DNA of 64,000 nt from an uncultured Gammaproteobacteria bacterium (lineage in GTDB: Bacteria; Patescibacteriota; Microgenomatia; Levybacterales; GWA1-39-11). Made by a program: the position numbers and the translations under genes. A model generated the notes under the pieces. The model worked only from the letters and a program-made list of their open reading frames with translations. It did no database searches and had not been told where the DNA came from. This document shows positions 43,395 through 51,634 of the stretch, in pieces. The stretch covers positions 6,409-70,408 of the forward strand of contig CAZDED010000006.1 in assembly GCA_964504535.1 (NCBI GenBank). The letters run 5' to 3'. Position 1 is the first letter of the stretch, and every line of letters begins with the position of its first letter.

Positions 43395-44732
43395 TCATTC
43401 TAGCATTTTAGAAAGCATATTTCTAATCTGATCTGTGTCTTTTGCATCAGGTAGTGCCTGTTTTGTTTGGCCTATGAAAAAGCCTAAAAGCTGTACTTTG
43501 CCTGCTTTATAGTCCGCCACTTGCTGCGGATTTTTATCAAGTATTTGTTTTATCGTTTCCTTCAATTTTTCTTCATCAAAACTTACAACCGTACTTTGTT
43601 CGACAATTATTTTTACCAAGGAAGCGGGGAGTACTTCGTCAACATTTGGTTTCTTGTTGATGATCCAGTTGGCTACGGTCTTGCCATCAACTTTGTGTTC
43701 CGTCCCTACCTTAACCGCCTCTTCAAAATAACTAGCCAAACCGACTTCACGTGTTAAAATCTCCGCATTGTATTCGGTAAGCTCGAACTCTTTAGTAAAA
43801 CGTGCTGCTTTTTCATTTGGTAACTCTGGGATCTCTTGTCTTAGCCCTTCTAGCTTCTGACTACTGATTTCAATGGGTGGAATATCAGGTTCAGGGAAAT
43901 ATCTATAGTCATGTGCTTCTTCTTTTGATCTTTGACTCACAGTTTTGTTTTTAAACTCATTCCAGCCGCGTGTTTCTTGAACCGGAATTTCTCCTTTATC
44001 TAAAATTTCTTTATGTCTTTTTTCCTCGAATCGGATTGCTTTGTCAACAAATATAAATGAGTTAATATTTTTAACCTCAACCTTGTATTTTGCAAGTTCT
44101 TTTTGTCCAACTGGGCGAAGTGAGATGTTCGGTTCAAGTCTCATGTGCCCTTTTTCCATCGCAGCATCACTGACCCCAAGATAACGGATGATTTTTTGAA
44201 GTTCTGTAAGAAATATCTTTGCTTCTTCACCGGATCTAATGTCAGGCTCAGTAACAATTTCTACAAGTGGGACTCCGGAGCGGTTGAAATCTATAAGAGA
44301 AACTTCTTTTCCGTCTACCGTTGAGTGTGAAAGTTTTCCTGTATCTTCCTCCATATGTACACGAGTAATTCCGATTCTTTTGGTTGTACCATTCATCTGA
44401 ATATCTAGATATCCTTTCTCACCAAATGGATGAAGAAATTGTGATGTTTGAAAACCCTTTGCCAAATCTGGATAGAAATAGTTTTTGCGTTCAAAGAATG
44501 ACTCTTTATTTATTGCGCAATTAAGAGCTAGTCCGATTTGGATACAGGAGTCAATTGCTTTCGTGTTGGGGAAAGGTAAAGCGCCAGGAAGCCCAAGACA
44601 AATTGGGCAAGTTCTTGTATTTGGTTTGTCAGACAATGTCGGAACTGAGCATCGACAAAACATTTTTGTTGTTGTTGATAGTTCGACGTGGATCTCCATG
44701 CCAACTACCGTTTCATAACTAGTGTTTTTCAT
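43395..44732 (-). CDS. gatB: Asp/Glu-tRNA amidotransferase subunit B
   Basis: GMEIHVEL, RKNYFYPDL, HMEEDTGK, DFNRSGVPL, YRYFPEPD. Confidence 0.98.
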   Translation of the reverse strand: MKNTSYETVVGMEIHVELSTTTKMFCRCSVPTLSDKPNTRTCPICLGLPGALPFPNTKAIDSCIQIGLALNCAINKESFFERKNYFYPDLAKGFQTSQFLHPFGEKGYLDIQMNGTTKRIGITRVHMEEDTGKLSHSTVDGKEVSLIDFNRSGVPLVEIVTEPDIRSGEEAKIFLTELQKIIRYLGVSDAAMEKGHMRLEPNISLRPVGQKELAKYKVEVKNINSFIFVDKAIRFEEKRHKEILDKGEIPVQETRGWNEFKNKTVSQRSKEEAHDYRYFPEPDIPPIEISSQKLEGLRQEIPELPNEKAARFTKEFELTEYNAEILTREVGLASYFEEAVKVGTEHKVDGKTVANWIINKKPNVDEVLPASLVKIIVEQSTVVSFDEEKLKETIKQILDKNPQQVADYKAGKVQLLGFFIGQTKQALPDAKDTDQIRNMLSKMLE

Positions 44733-44752
44733 AATAGTTAATTCTTAGTACT

Positions 44753-46174
44753 TCATTCTAATTTTGGAGTTTCTCTCCAAAATTTAGTTTCTTGCTCGAA
44801 TGCATATCCTACTTGGAAAAGCAGTGCTTCAGAAAAGTGTGGGCCCAAGAACTGTATACCTATTGGAAGTTTTTCTTTGCTGAACCCTGCAGGTACTGCA
44901 AGGCTAGGAACTCCGGCAAGGTTTACTGTGACTGTCAAAGCATCTGATAGGTACATAGCGAGTGGATCATTTACTTTTTCACCGAATTTCCAAGGGGGAG
45001 TAGGGCTGACTGGAGAAACCAGGATGTCAATCTTTTTATAAGCTTCATCAAAATCTTGTTTTATCAAAGTTCTAACCTGCATGGCTTTTTTGTAGTAAGC
45101 ATCGTAATAGCCAGACGAAAGCGTATATGTTCCAAGCATTATTCTCCTCTTTGCTTCTTTTCCGAAAAATGATCTGTCATTTCCAAATCGTATCCCATCA
45201 TATCTTGCCAAATTTGATGACACTTCTGATGGTTGGACTATGTAATAAACTGCAATCCCTTCATCCGTATGTGGTAGTGAAACATCTATGATTTCAGCAC
45301 CAAGCTTTTGAAGGGTATTAAGACTGTTTTCGAAAACGACTTTAACTTCAGGGGATAATCCCTTTTCTACATATTCTTTGGGTACTCCGATTCGTAGACC
45401 AGTAATTTCCTTACCTAAATTTGCTGTGTAATCCTCTTTTTCTCTATCAGCTACAGTAGCATCATACCCGTCAGATCCGGAGGTAATATTAAGGATTTGC
45501 GCACTATCTGAGACAGTTTTTGAAAAATGACCGATGCTATCTAAGGATGATGCCATTGAAATGACTCCATATCTGCTAACAAGTCCGTAAGTTGGCTTGA
45601 GCCCAACGGTATTGGTAAAAGATGCAGGAAGTCGTATAGAGCCACCAGTGTCAGTACCGGTTGCAAATGGTATCATAGAAGCTGCTACAGATGCGCTTGA
45701 ACCCGATGACGATCCTCCAGGGACATACTCGTTATTCCAAGGATTTAACGTCGGACCAAAATCAGAATTTTCACCACTGGACCCATGTGCCCAGGCGTCG
45801 TGGTTGAGTTTTCCTAAAGAAATTGCGCCGGAAGTCTCTAATCTATCGATTGTTGTTGCACTATAAGCAGGAATATAATCTCGCAAAACATTTGATGCTG
45901 CCGTTGTCCTAACGCCTTTTGTAAGGAACATGTCTTTAATTCCGAAGGGCACTCCAAATAGAGGAGATGCGTTAACGGGTTCACGAGTTAACGAGTTATC
46001 AAGTTCCAGAGCCTTTTTCTTGGCGTTGTCAGAATCAATTGTTATAAATGCATTAAGGGTGGGATTTAGTTGCTCGATCCGCTCAAGATATGCGTTAACG
46101 ATTTCACTGACAGAAAACGTTTTCTTTTTATACCCCTCCAGTATGTCTGCAATTGTTAAATCTTTTATGTCCAT
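44753..46174 (-). CDS. gatA: Asp/Glu-tRNA amidotransferase subunit A
   Basis: GIKD, PGGSSSGS, GTDTGGSIRLPA, SSNLARYDG, KRRIMLGT. Confidence 0.98.
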   Translation of the reverse strand: MDIKDLTIADILEGYKKKTFSVSEIVNAYLERIEQLNPTLNAFITIDSDNAKKKALELDNSLTREPVNASPLFGVPFGIKDMFLTKGVRTTAASNVLRDYIPAYSATTIDRLETSGAISLGKLNHDAWAHGSSGENSDFGPTLNPWNNEYVPGGSSSGSSASVAASMIPFATGTDTGGSIRLPASFTNTVGLKPTYGLVSRYGVISMASSLDSIGHFSKTVSDSAQILNITSGSDGYDATVADREKEDYTANLGKEITGLRIGVPKEYVEKGLSPEVKVVFENSLNTLQKLGAEIIDVSLPHTDEGIAVYYIVQPSEVSSNLARYDGIRFGNDRSFFGKEAKRRIMLGTYTLSSGYYDAYYKKAMQVRTLIKQDFDEAYKKIDILVSPVSPTPPWKFGEKVNDPLAMYLSDALTVTVNLAGVPSLAVPAGFSKEKLPIGIQFLGPHFSEALLFQVGYAFEQETKFWRETPKLE

Positions 46175-46181
46175 ACAATTT

Positions 46182-46209
46182 TAACCACTAACTTCTAACT
46201 ACTAACTTC
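46182..46209. repeat. Heptamer tandem micro-repeat (TAACYWC x4) in the gatC-gatA spacer
   Basis: TAACCAC TAACTTC TAACTAC TAACTTC. Confidence 0.8.
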
Positions 46210-46211
46210 TG

Positions 46212-46541
46212 TTACGGCGTGGTATCGACAAGCTTATCAACCTTAAACAACCCATTATATGTTGTTTTTGCACCAGAAAGGGCATCTTCAACAGACAGAG
46301 TGTCACCTGCAAAGCTATCATTTCGTGTAACATTTTTAAGACCCGTGACTTGAGCAGTGGGCTCAATATTTGAAGTATCAACAGCATTGAGTTTTTTTAT
46401 ATACCCAATAACATCGTTCAGTTGGTTCTGTATTTCCAAATGTTCTTCTTCAGTAAAAGTTAAATTAGCTAATTTTGCGACGTTTCTAGTATCAATATAC
46501 GTAATGTTTGCTGTTCCGGAGATTGTCTTCTGTTGTTTCAT
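46212..46541 (-). CDS. gatC: Asp/Glu-tRNA amidotransferase subunit C
   Basis: VAKLANL, YIKKLNAVDTSNIEPT, RND; first gene of the gat operon. Confidence 0.93.
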   Translation of the reverse strand: MKQQKTISGTANITYIDTRNVAKLANLTFTEEEHLEIQNQLNDVIGYIKKLNAVDTSNIEPTAQVTGLKNVTRNDSFAGDTLSVEDALSGAKTTYNGLFKVDKLVDTTP

Positions 46542-46634
46542 TTCATCCCAATTATATTGTGTTGAGGCTAATCTGACAAGGGTTAAACTGAAGTTTTAAA
46601 CTTGTTTTATAGTGTAGATACTTACCATCCGTTT

Positions 46635-46712
46635 ATGGATTCAATAGACTCAAACCCCCTAGCCCCGAAGTTCGATGAGATTGTTGATCAAATCCATTCT
46701 CATTATGAATAA
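46635..46712 (+). CDS. Possible 25-aa micro-ORF or gene remnant (MDSIDSNPLAPKFDEIVDQIHSHYE)
   Basis: ATG 6 nt after TACCAT, the leaderless geometry used by other genes here; no homology recognised. Confidence 0.3.
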   Translation: MDSIDSNPLAPKFDEIVDQIHSHYE

Positions 46713-46717
46713 TTCAC

Positions 46718-46739
46718 TACTGTAATCCAGAGTACTGTA
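46718..46739. promoter_or_regulatory. 22-bp imperfect palindrome, copy 1 (downstream of the TrpR-like gene)
   Basis: tactgtaatc-ca-gagtactgta; consensus with copy 2 is TACAGTACTC-CA-GAGTACTGTA. Confidence 0.65.
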
Positions 46740-46745
46740 GTATAT

Positions 46746-47156
46746 TTATCTTTTAATGTCTGATCTTTTAATTCCTGAGTACTCTTTTCGCCGATTTGGA
46801 ATTGGTGATAGGCTTACTTCACGAAATCTTTTTGATTTATATTCTTTTTCCACTTTTTTTCTTCTTGCTGAAACAAGTTGAAAACATTTTGGAAAACTTG
46901 CAATTTGCTTTGCGACTCATGCAATAGTAGAGTAACCTACATTAGAAATCTGCACTATCTCTTTATATTTTCCTTCATTTCTCAGAGCGTCTGCAACCAG
47001 AATTCTTCGTCCCATTTTTAATTTTTCGTCCTCAGTCAGTAAACCATTTATTATTTCAGTAACTTCTCTGCCATCTTTTGCTGCTAGAAAAGCATCGCGC
47101 AAACGGTTAAGAGCCTCGTATGTATCAGAAGTAGTTAAGAACCCATATCTTCTCAC
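46746..47156 (-). pseudogene. TrpR/YerC-YecD-like HTH regulator, 136 codons, interrupted by an in-frame TGA at 46917-46919
   Basis: LLTEDEKLKMGRRILVADALRNEGKYKEIVQISNVGYSTIA*VAKQ matches the TrpR/YerC pattern; frame stays open 56 codons past TGA to TAA at 46746-46748. Confidence 0.75.
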
Positions 47157-47166
47157 CTATAAATAA

Positions 47167-47188
47167 TACAGCACTCCAGATTACTGTA
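47167..47188. promoter_or_regulatory. 22-bp imperfect palindrome, copy 2, filling the -35/-10 spacer of the TrpR-like gene promoter
   Basis: tacagcactc-ca-gattactgta; minus-strand TTGCTA (47192-47187), 18 bp, TATTAT (47168-47163), 6 nt, GTG. Confidence 0.65.
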
Positions 47189-47278
47189 GCAACATTGGAG
47201 GTACGATTTGAAAAATATTCATTTATCTTTATGAGAGACTAAATGAAAACTTTTTAAAAAAAACTTGGACTGAAATCG

Positions 47279-47307
47279 TTGACTTTTAGCCACACGCAGC
47301 CTATAAT
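47279..47307 (+). promoter_or_regulatory. Near-consensus sigma70 promoter giving a leaderless mRNA for the paralogue pair
   Basis: TTGACT, 17 bp, TATAAT, 6 nt, ATG 47314. Confidence 0.8.
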
Positions 47308-47313
47308 AATTAC

Positions 47314-48474
47314 ATGACCGAAGCATATGATAGTTCTCAAAGACCAGCAGAGCTAAGATCGGCAGCTGCCGCTTTGCCCTCACTATCTCTTGTTGAGATG
47401 GCTGACTTGCCCATAACCGATATAGATGGTATTCCTAAGGAAAGCGACAGAGACCTTTATGAAGAGAAGTTGTTTGAAGGAATAGATTTTAGATATCAAG
47501 GATGTCCATTTTCAAATAGTCCTAGTAGATTTCCTAATGGAGCTCCTCATGAAATACCAATCAGTGGGTTGGAGCGTGATAGGTTGTCTGAAAATTATTA
47601 TGAAATACTTGGCAATCTTCAGATGGTGCGTGATTACTATATCGACAATACGCGGCCGGAGAGTGAGAGGAATAAGCCACTTTCGATTGTTGAGATGAGG
47701 GACATACTAATGACTTTAAATTATGCAGCTAATTATTTGGTTTATCGCAGCGCTAATCCCGTTGACGCTTATGGTAAATTGCCCACAGATTTACTCGTTA
47801 TGTCAAATGTTGCTGCGGGGTCGCTTGCTGCTTTGAGCGTGCAGATGATTGTTTTGAAGAATGAAGGAAAAGATAGTATCGATGCAGTTCCTGATCCAGA
47901 AGTTATGGTTGAGGAATCTGAGAAAATGGGAAAAATGGTTGGTGGGAAGACGGTGTGTGCAGCGTCACCAGAGCTTATGGTGCATTTTTTTAAGGCTGTA
48001 ATTGATGGCCCCAGTAAGATAGAAGAAGGATCATTGTTAAAATATATTGACAATTCAGAGTTGCCACAACTATTTGCTTACGGAAAAGCAATGTATGAGG
48101 GTGCAGGCTCAGTTGCGAGCTTGAGAGAGGTAGATCGCTCCATTTTGATTCTCCTTGATGTTAAATACAGAGAAAAGGACTGGGTGAACTTCAATGAAAT
48201 TAGTGTTGATTATATGGTGCATGCATTCAAAGAGATTGCTCTTATTCTTCATGACCAAGCTGTAGCAAATCAAGCATTGGGAAGACGGGTAGAAGAAAGT
48301 TCAAAAGTCCCTTTCGACGAGATTATACATAACCTGGATCTTAAAGGAGCAATTACGGTAAGAAATCTATTGGATGCTAGGAAACAAAGTCCGCTAAAAA
48401 CGCAAAATGTTACTATTCCAAAAAATAGTGATCGTCAAAAAGCTTCAACAAGACGAAAAAAATACCTCAAATAA
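47314..48474 (+). CDS. Hypothetical soluble protein, paralogue A (CPFS..SRFP.G.PHE and TVC..SP motifs)
   Basis: 386-aa ORF behind a strong promoter; clear homology to the next ORF; no family recognised. Confidence 0.85.
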   Translation: MTEAYDSSQRPAELRSAAAALPSLSLVEMADLPITDIDGIPKESDRDLYEEKLFEGIDFRYQGCPFSNSPSRFPNGAPHEIPISGLERDRLSENYYEILGNLQMVRDYYIDNTRPESERNKPLSIVEMRDILMTLNYAANYLVYRSANPVDAYGKLPTDLLVMSNVAAGSLAALSVQMIVLKNEGKDSIDAVPDPEVMVEESEKMGKMVGGKTVCAASPELMVHFFKAVIDGPSKIEEGSLLKYIDNSELPQLFAYGKAMYEGAGSVASLREVDRSILILLDVKYREKDWVNFNEISVDYMVHAFKEIALILHDQAVANQALGRRVEESSKVPFDEIIHNLDLKGAITVRNLLDARKQSPLKTQNVTIPKNSDRQKASTRRKKYLK

Positions 48475-48480
48475 TAATAC

Positions 48481-49521
48481 ATGTCTGAACAATTGGTCCA
48501 ATCAGAGGATGTTCCACAATTGGCGCCACCAGTACCATTTTTTGAAATGTATACGGCATACATTACTGATGTTACAGGTATTCCATTGGATAGTAACAGG
48601 AGTCAAGACAATCCACATACGACGAGTATAGATTTCGAATTACAAAAGTGTCCTTTTTCAGACAGCCAAAGTAGGTTTCCAGATGGAGTTCCCCATGAAA
48701 AACCTATGAGTGGCTTGGAAAGAAAAAGACTAAACGAGCACTACCAACAGAATTTGAGCGCATTTAAATACTTGAGGGATATTCTGATCACAGCACGGAA
48801 GGATGAGGATACTGCACGTCCACTGAGCATAAGAGAGACAAGGGATTTACTATCAGGTATGGCTTTTTTACCACATTACCTTGTGTATCGTGAAGAGAAC
48901 TCATTGGAATCAACTGGCCAAATACCTGTAGATATTATATTAGACTCATCCGTTGCGCGCGGAGCTCTGGTTGCTACAGAATTGTTTGTAAGAAATGAAG
49001 AATATTCAAATGTTGATATTGATTCAGCCAGTTTTGATCCAAAAATTCTCGTTGAGGATGCCGAAAAGGCAGGGATTATGGTGGGTGAACATACGGTTTG
49101 CGTTGTTTCTCCAAAGCAAATGGATCACTTCTTTCAAGTGATTATATTTGGAAATTCAATTGAATCAGGTTTGGGAAATATTGAAAACCTAGTTAAGCCT
49201 AACGAAGTTCAAAAGCTAGTCGAATTTGGGCTCTCGATGGCGGAATCGATCTTATTGATTTTAGAAATTAACGAAACAGACCACACTTTTTCAGAGGACA
49301 TCCTTCCTCTTCTTGAAGGAAATAAATCCAGCAAAGCCAAAGGTACTATTCAAGCATATAGAATGAACATGAATAACTATTTTAAGAATTTATTCCGGGC
49401 AAACAATCGGGCTTCCAAAGCTCTGGGTAGAAGATCACAGAAAAAATCGGAATTTGTACTTGCAACAATGGATAATTTAATGCTAATAGGAGAAACAGTC
49501 TTGGATGTAGTTATAAATTAG
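48481..49521 (+). CDS. Hypothetical soluble protein, paralogue B
   Basis: 346-aa ORF 6 nt after paralogue A, same motifs. Confidence 0.85.
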   Translation: MSEQLVQSEDVPQLAPPVPFFEMYTAYITDVTGIPLDSNRSQDNPHTTSIDFELQKCPFSDSQSRFPDGVPHEKPMSGLERKRLNEHYQQNLSAFKYLRDILITARKDEDTARPLSIRETRDLLSGMAFLPHYLVYREENSLESTGQIPVDIILDSSVARGALVATELFVRNEEYSNVDIDSASFDPKILVEDAEKAGIMVGEHTVCVVSPKQMDHFFQVIIFGNSIESGLGNIENLVKPNEVQKLVEFGLSMAESILLILEINETDHTFSEDILPLLEGNKSSKAKGTIQAYRMNMNNYFKNLFRANNRASKALGRRSQKKSEFVLATMDNLMLIGETVLDVVIN

Positions 49522-50288
49522 GAATAAATACTAGTTCTTGTTAACATTTTTGCTTTGGCTTTTTTTGAAAGATCATTCTCAAATCTGAAGGTAATTTTTT
49601 TCCCGTATTTTTTCTCATACGCAAGTTGAAGCAGATACACGGCAAGTTCGGGATTTGATGGAAGGATAGGGCCATGAAGGTAGGTTCCGATCGAATTTTT
49701 ATAATGTATTCCCTCAGTTTTGTCCTCTCCATTATTACCATAACCTTTCTCAACGGTGGCAAATGCTTGAGATTTGTCAGAAAGATATGTTCTCCCTCCA
49801 TGGTTCTCAAAACCTACAAAACTGTACGCTGTCCCCTGTCCCCTGAACACTATTTGTGAGTTAATTACTGAATTTCCGATTAGGCGGGGTTTGTTTTTGT
49901 GACTTTCTGTGTACATATCAAAGACTCCGAGTCCGTCAATTGTTGTTCCATATGCGTCTTTATAATAATTCCCCAGGAATTGGAATGCACCACAAATATA
50001 GAGTCCGGGGGTTCCTTCATCAATCATTCTTTTTAAAATACTTCCTTTATTTTCCAATAAATCCTTATTAACAATTTCTTGTTGCAGGTCTTGAGCTCCA
50101 CCCATAAATATTAAATTACAAGAAGTCAGAAGTTCGGAGTTAGAAGTTTGGTTGATTCTAACTATTTCAGCCTCAATTCCGTTATCTTCAGCTATTTTTT
50201 GAAGAACAATAATGTTGCCCCTGTCTCCATATGTGGACATAAGTTCAGGGTAAAGCCAGGCAATTTTAAGTAAGGGTTTAGTTGTCAT
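49518..50288 (-). CDS. gatD: Lipid II isoglutaminyl synthase glutaminase subunit (CobQ-like)
   Basis: LYPELMSTYGDRGN, MGGAQD, ICGAFQ, GFENHGG, TYLHGP. Confidence 0.92.
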   Translation of the reverse strand: MTTKPLLKIAWLYPELMSTYGDRGNIIVLQKIAEDNGIEAEIVRINQTSNSELLTSCNLIFMGGAQDLQQEIVNKDLLENKGSILKRMIDEGTPGLYICGAFQFLGNYYKDAYGTTIDGLGVFDMYTESHKNKPRLIGNSVINSQIVFRGQGTAYSFVGFENHGGRTYLSDKSQAFATVEKGYGNNGEDKTEGIHYKNSIGTYLHGPILPSNPELAVYLLQLAYEKKYGKKITFRFENDLSKKAKAKMLTRTSIYS

Positions 50289-51565
50289 AAAATACTTTTT
50301 CCACTTATTAATTTTCTTACTTCAAGCATTGCTGAGTATGTTGGTAAAATTGTAAGTGTTTTGCCAATGGGTGTTTGTTTCAAGCATTGACCGTATGCGT
50401 CTTCGTAGCTCTCAAAAACTTCATGAGTTATTCCTGCAAATAAAAGCCTATTTGCCATATCATATGCCCTGTCACCAGAGACGAAAACCTTTATTTTTTC
50501 TTTTTGCAGTATCTCAAAATCTACGTCCCAAATCCATGATATGTCGCGTCCATCAGGAATTCTATCATTAAGTAAGATAAGAATTGAGCTGCTTTTGTTT
50601 TCGATGGCAACTTTTAGGCTTTCATTAAATCCCGTAGGGTTTTTCGAGAGTAACAGCATGACCCTTTTTTCTTCAGCTTCAATTATTTCTTGTCTGCCGA
50701 AGGCTGCCTTGAAGGTTTTTAAATACTCAATAGATGTAAATGGAAGTATGCCAAATATTTTATCAGCAGTAAGAATTGCCGCAGTCAAATTATAGATATT
50801 GTAAGAACCAAAAAGATGGGTTTGAAAGGAATAATATTTACCTTTTGGATTGGAAAATACACAGTTGCTACATTTGTAGTTTCCGAGATGTGAATAGGCG
50901 ATACCGGAATAAAGCAGTGGACGGTTGCATCTTGGACAGGTGGTCGAATCAACAGCATGAGAAAGTAAGGCCCCTTTTTTAAAAGTGTTGTCGATTGTAA
51001 AGTATGCTTTATTTATCGCAAAACTTGCAACGTGAGCTATTTGTGGGTCATCAGCATTTGCAATCACAACAGTTTTGTCTGTAAGTTTTTTTATTGAGCT
51101 GACCCATTTTTCAGAGGTAGCATTTACCTCTCCGTATCTATCCAGCTGGTCTCTGAATAGGTTGAGTAATAATATGGCTTCTGGATGTGGAATTTCTGAG
51201 AGTACGAGAGGAAGCGAGTTCTCATCCACCTCAAATATCAGTACTTTTTCAGATATGGTTCCGACGAGATCAGACTTCAAGACAAGCGTAGAGGCTAGTC
51301 CATTAAGAAGATTTGCGCCTGAATTATTGGTGATTACAGTTGTGTCACTGGCCTCTAAAATATGAGTGAGCGCTTTGGTTGTAGTTGTTTTGCCATTTGT
51401 TCCTGCAATAAGAATTATTTTGAGATGAGGATTTTTAACAATTATTTTTCGGATAAATGCCTTGTCAGTCTTTAAAGCGATGTGACCCGGCCATGTGGAG
51501 CCCGATCGTCCTTTCATTTGGGAAACCTTACCAACAATCTTTCCAGCAAGAAGTGTGTGACGCAT
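50285..51565 (-). CDS. murT: Lipid II isoglutaminyl synthase Mur-ligase subunit
   Basis: GTNGKTTT, GANL, FEVDE, NLFRDQLDRYGE, CPRC/CSNC Zn finger, KNPTG, DGRDISWIWD, PTYSAML. Confidence 0.93.
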   Translation of the reverse strand: MRHTLLAGKIVGKVSQMKGRSGSTWPGHIALKTDKAFIRKIIVKNPHLKIILIAGTNGKTTTTKALTHILEASDTTVITNNSGANLLNGLASTLVLKSDLVGTISEKVLIFEVDENSLPLVLSEIPHPEAILLLNLFRDQLDRYGEVNATSEKWVSSIKKLTDKTVVIANADDPQIAHVASFAINKAYFTIDNTFKKGALLSHAVDSTTCPRCNRPLLYSGIAYSHLGNYKCSNCVFSNPKGKYYSFQTHLFGSYNIYNLTAAILTADKIFGILPFTSIEYLKTFKAAFGRQEIIEAEEKRVMLLLSKNPTGFNESLKVAIENKSSSILILLNDRIPDGRDISWIWDVDFEILQKEKIKVFVSGDRAYDMANRLLFAGITHEVFESYEDAYGQCLKQTPIGKTLTILPTYSAMLEVRKLISGKSIL

Positions 51566-51634
51566 GATTATATTGTACTAAATAATAAGCTTGAATTTTT
51601 GAATTAGTAACTTGTTTCCGTATTTCGAATTTGC

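Noticed and set aside
46917-46919. UGA recoding (code 25 Gly, code 4 Trp) or selenocysteine
   Set aside because: TGA terminates rodA, parB, rmlD and others, long conserved genes have no internal TGA, and no SECIS-like hairpin is evident downstream.
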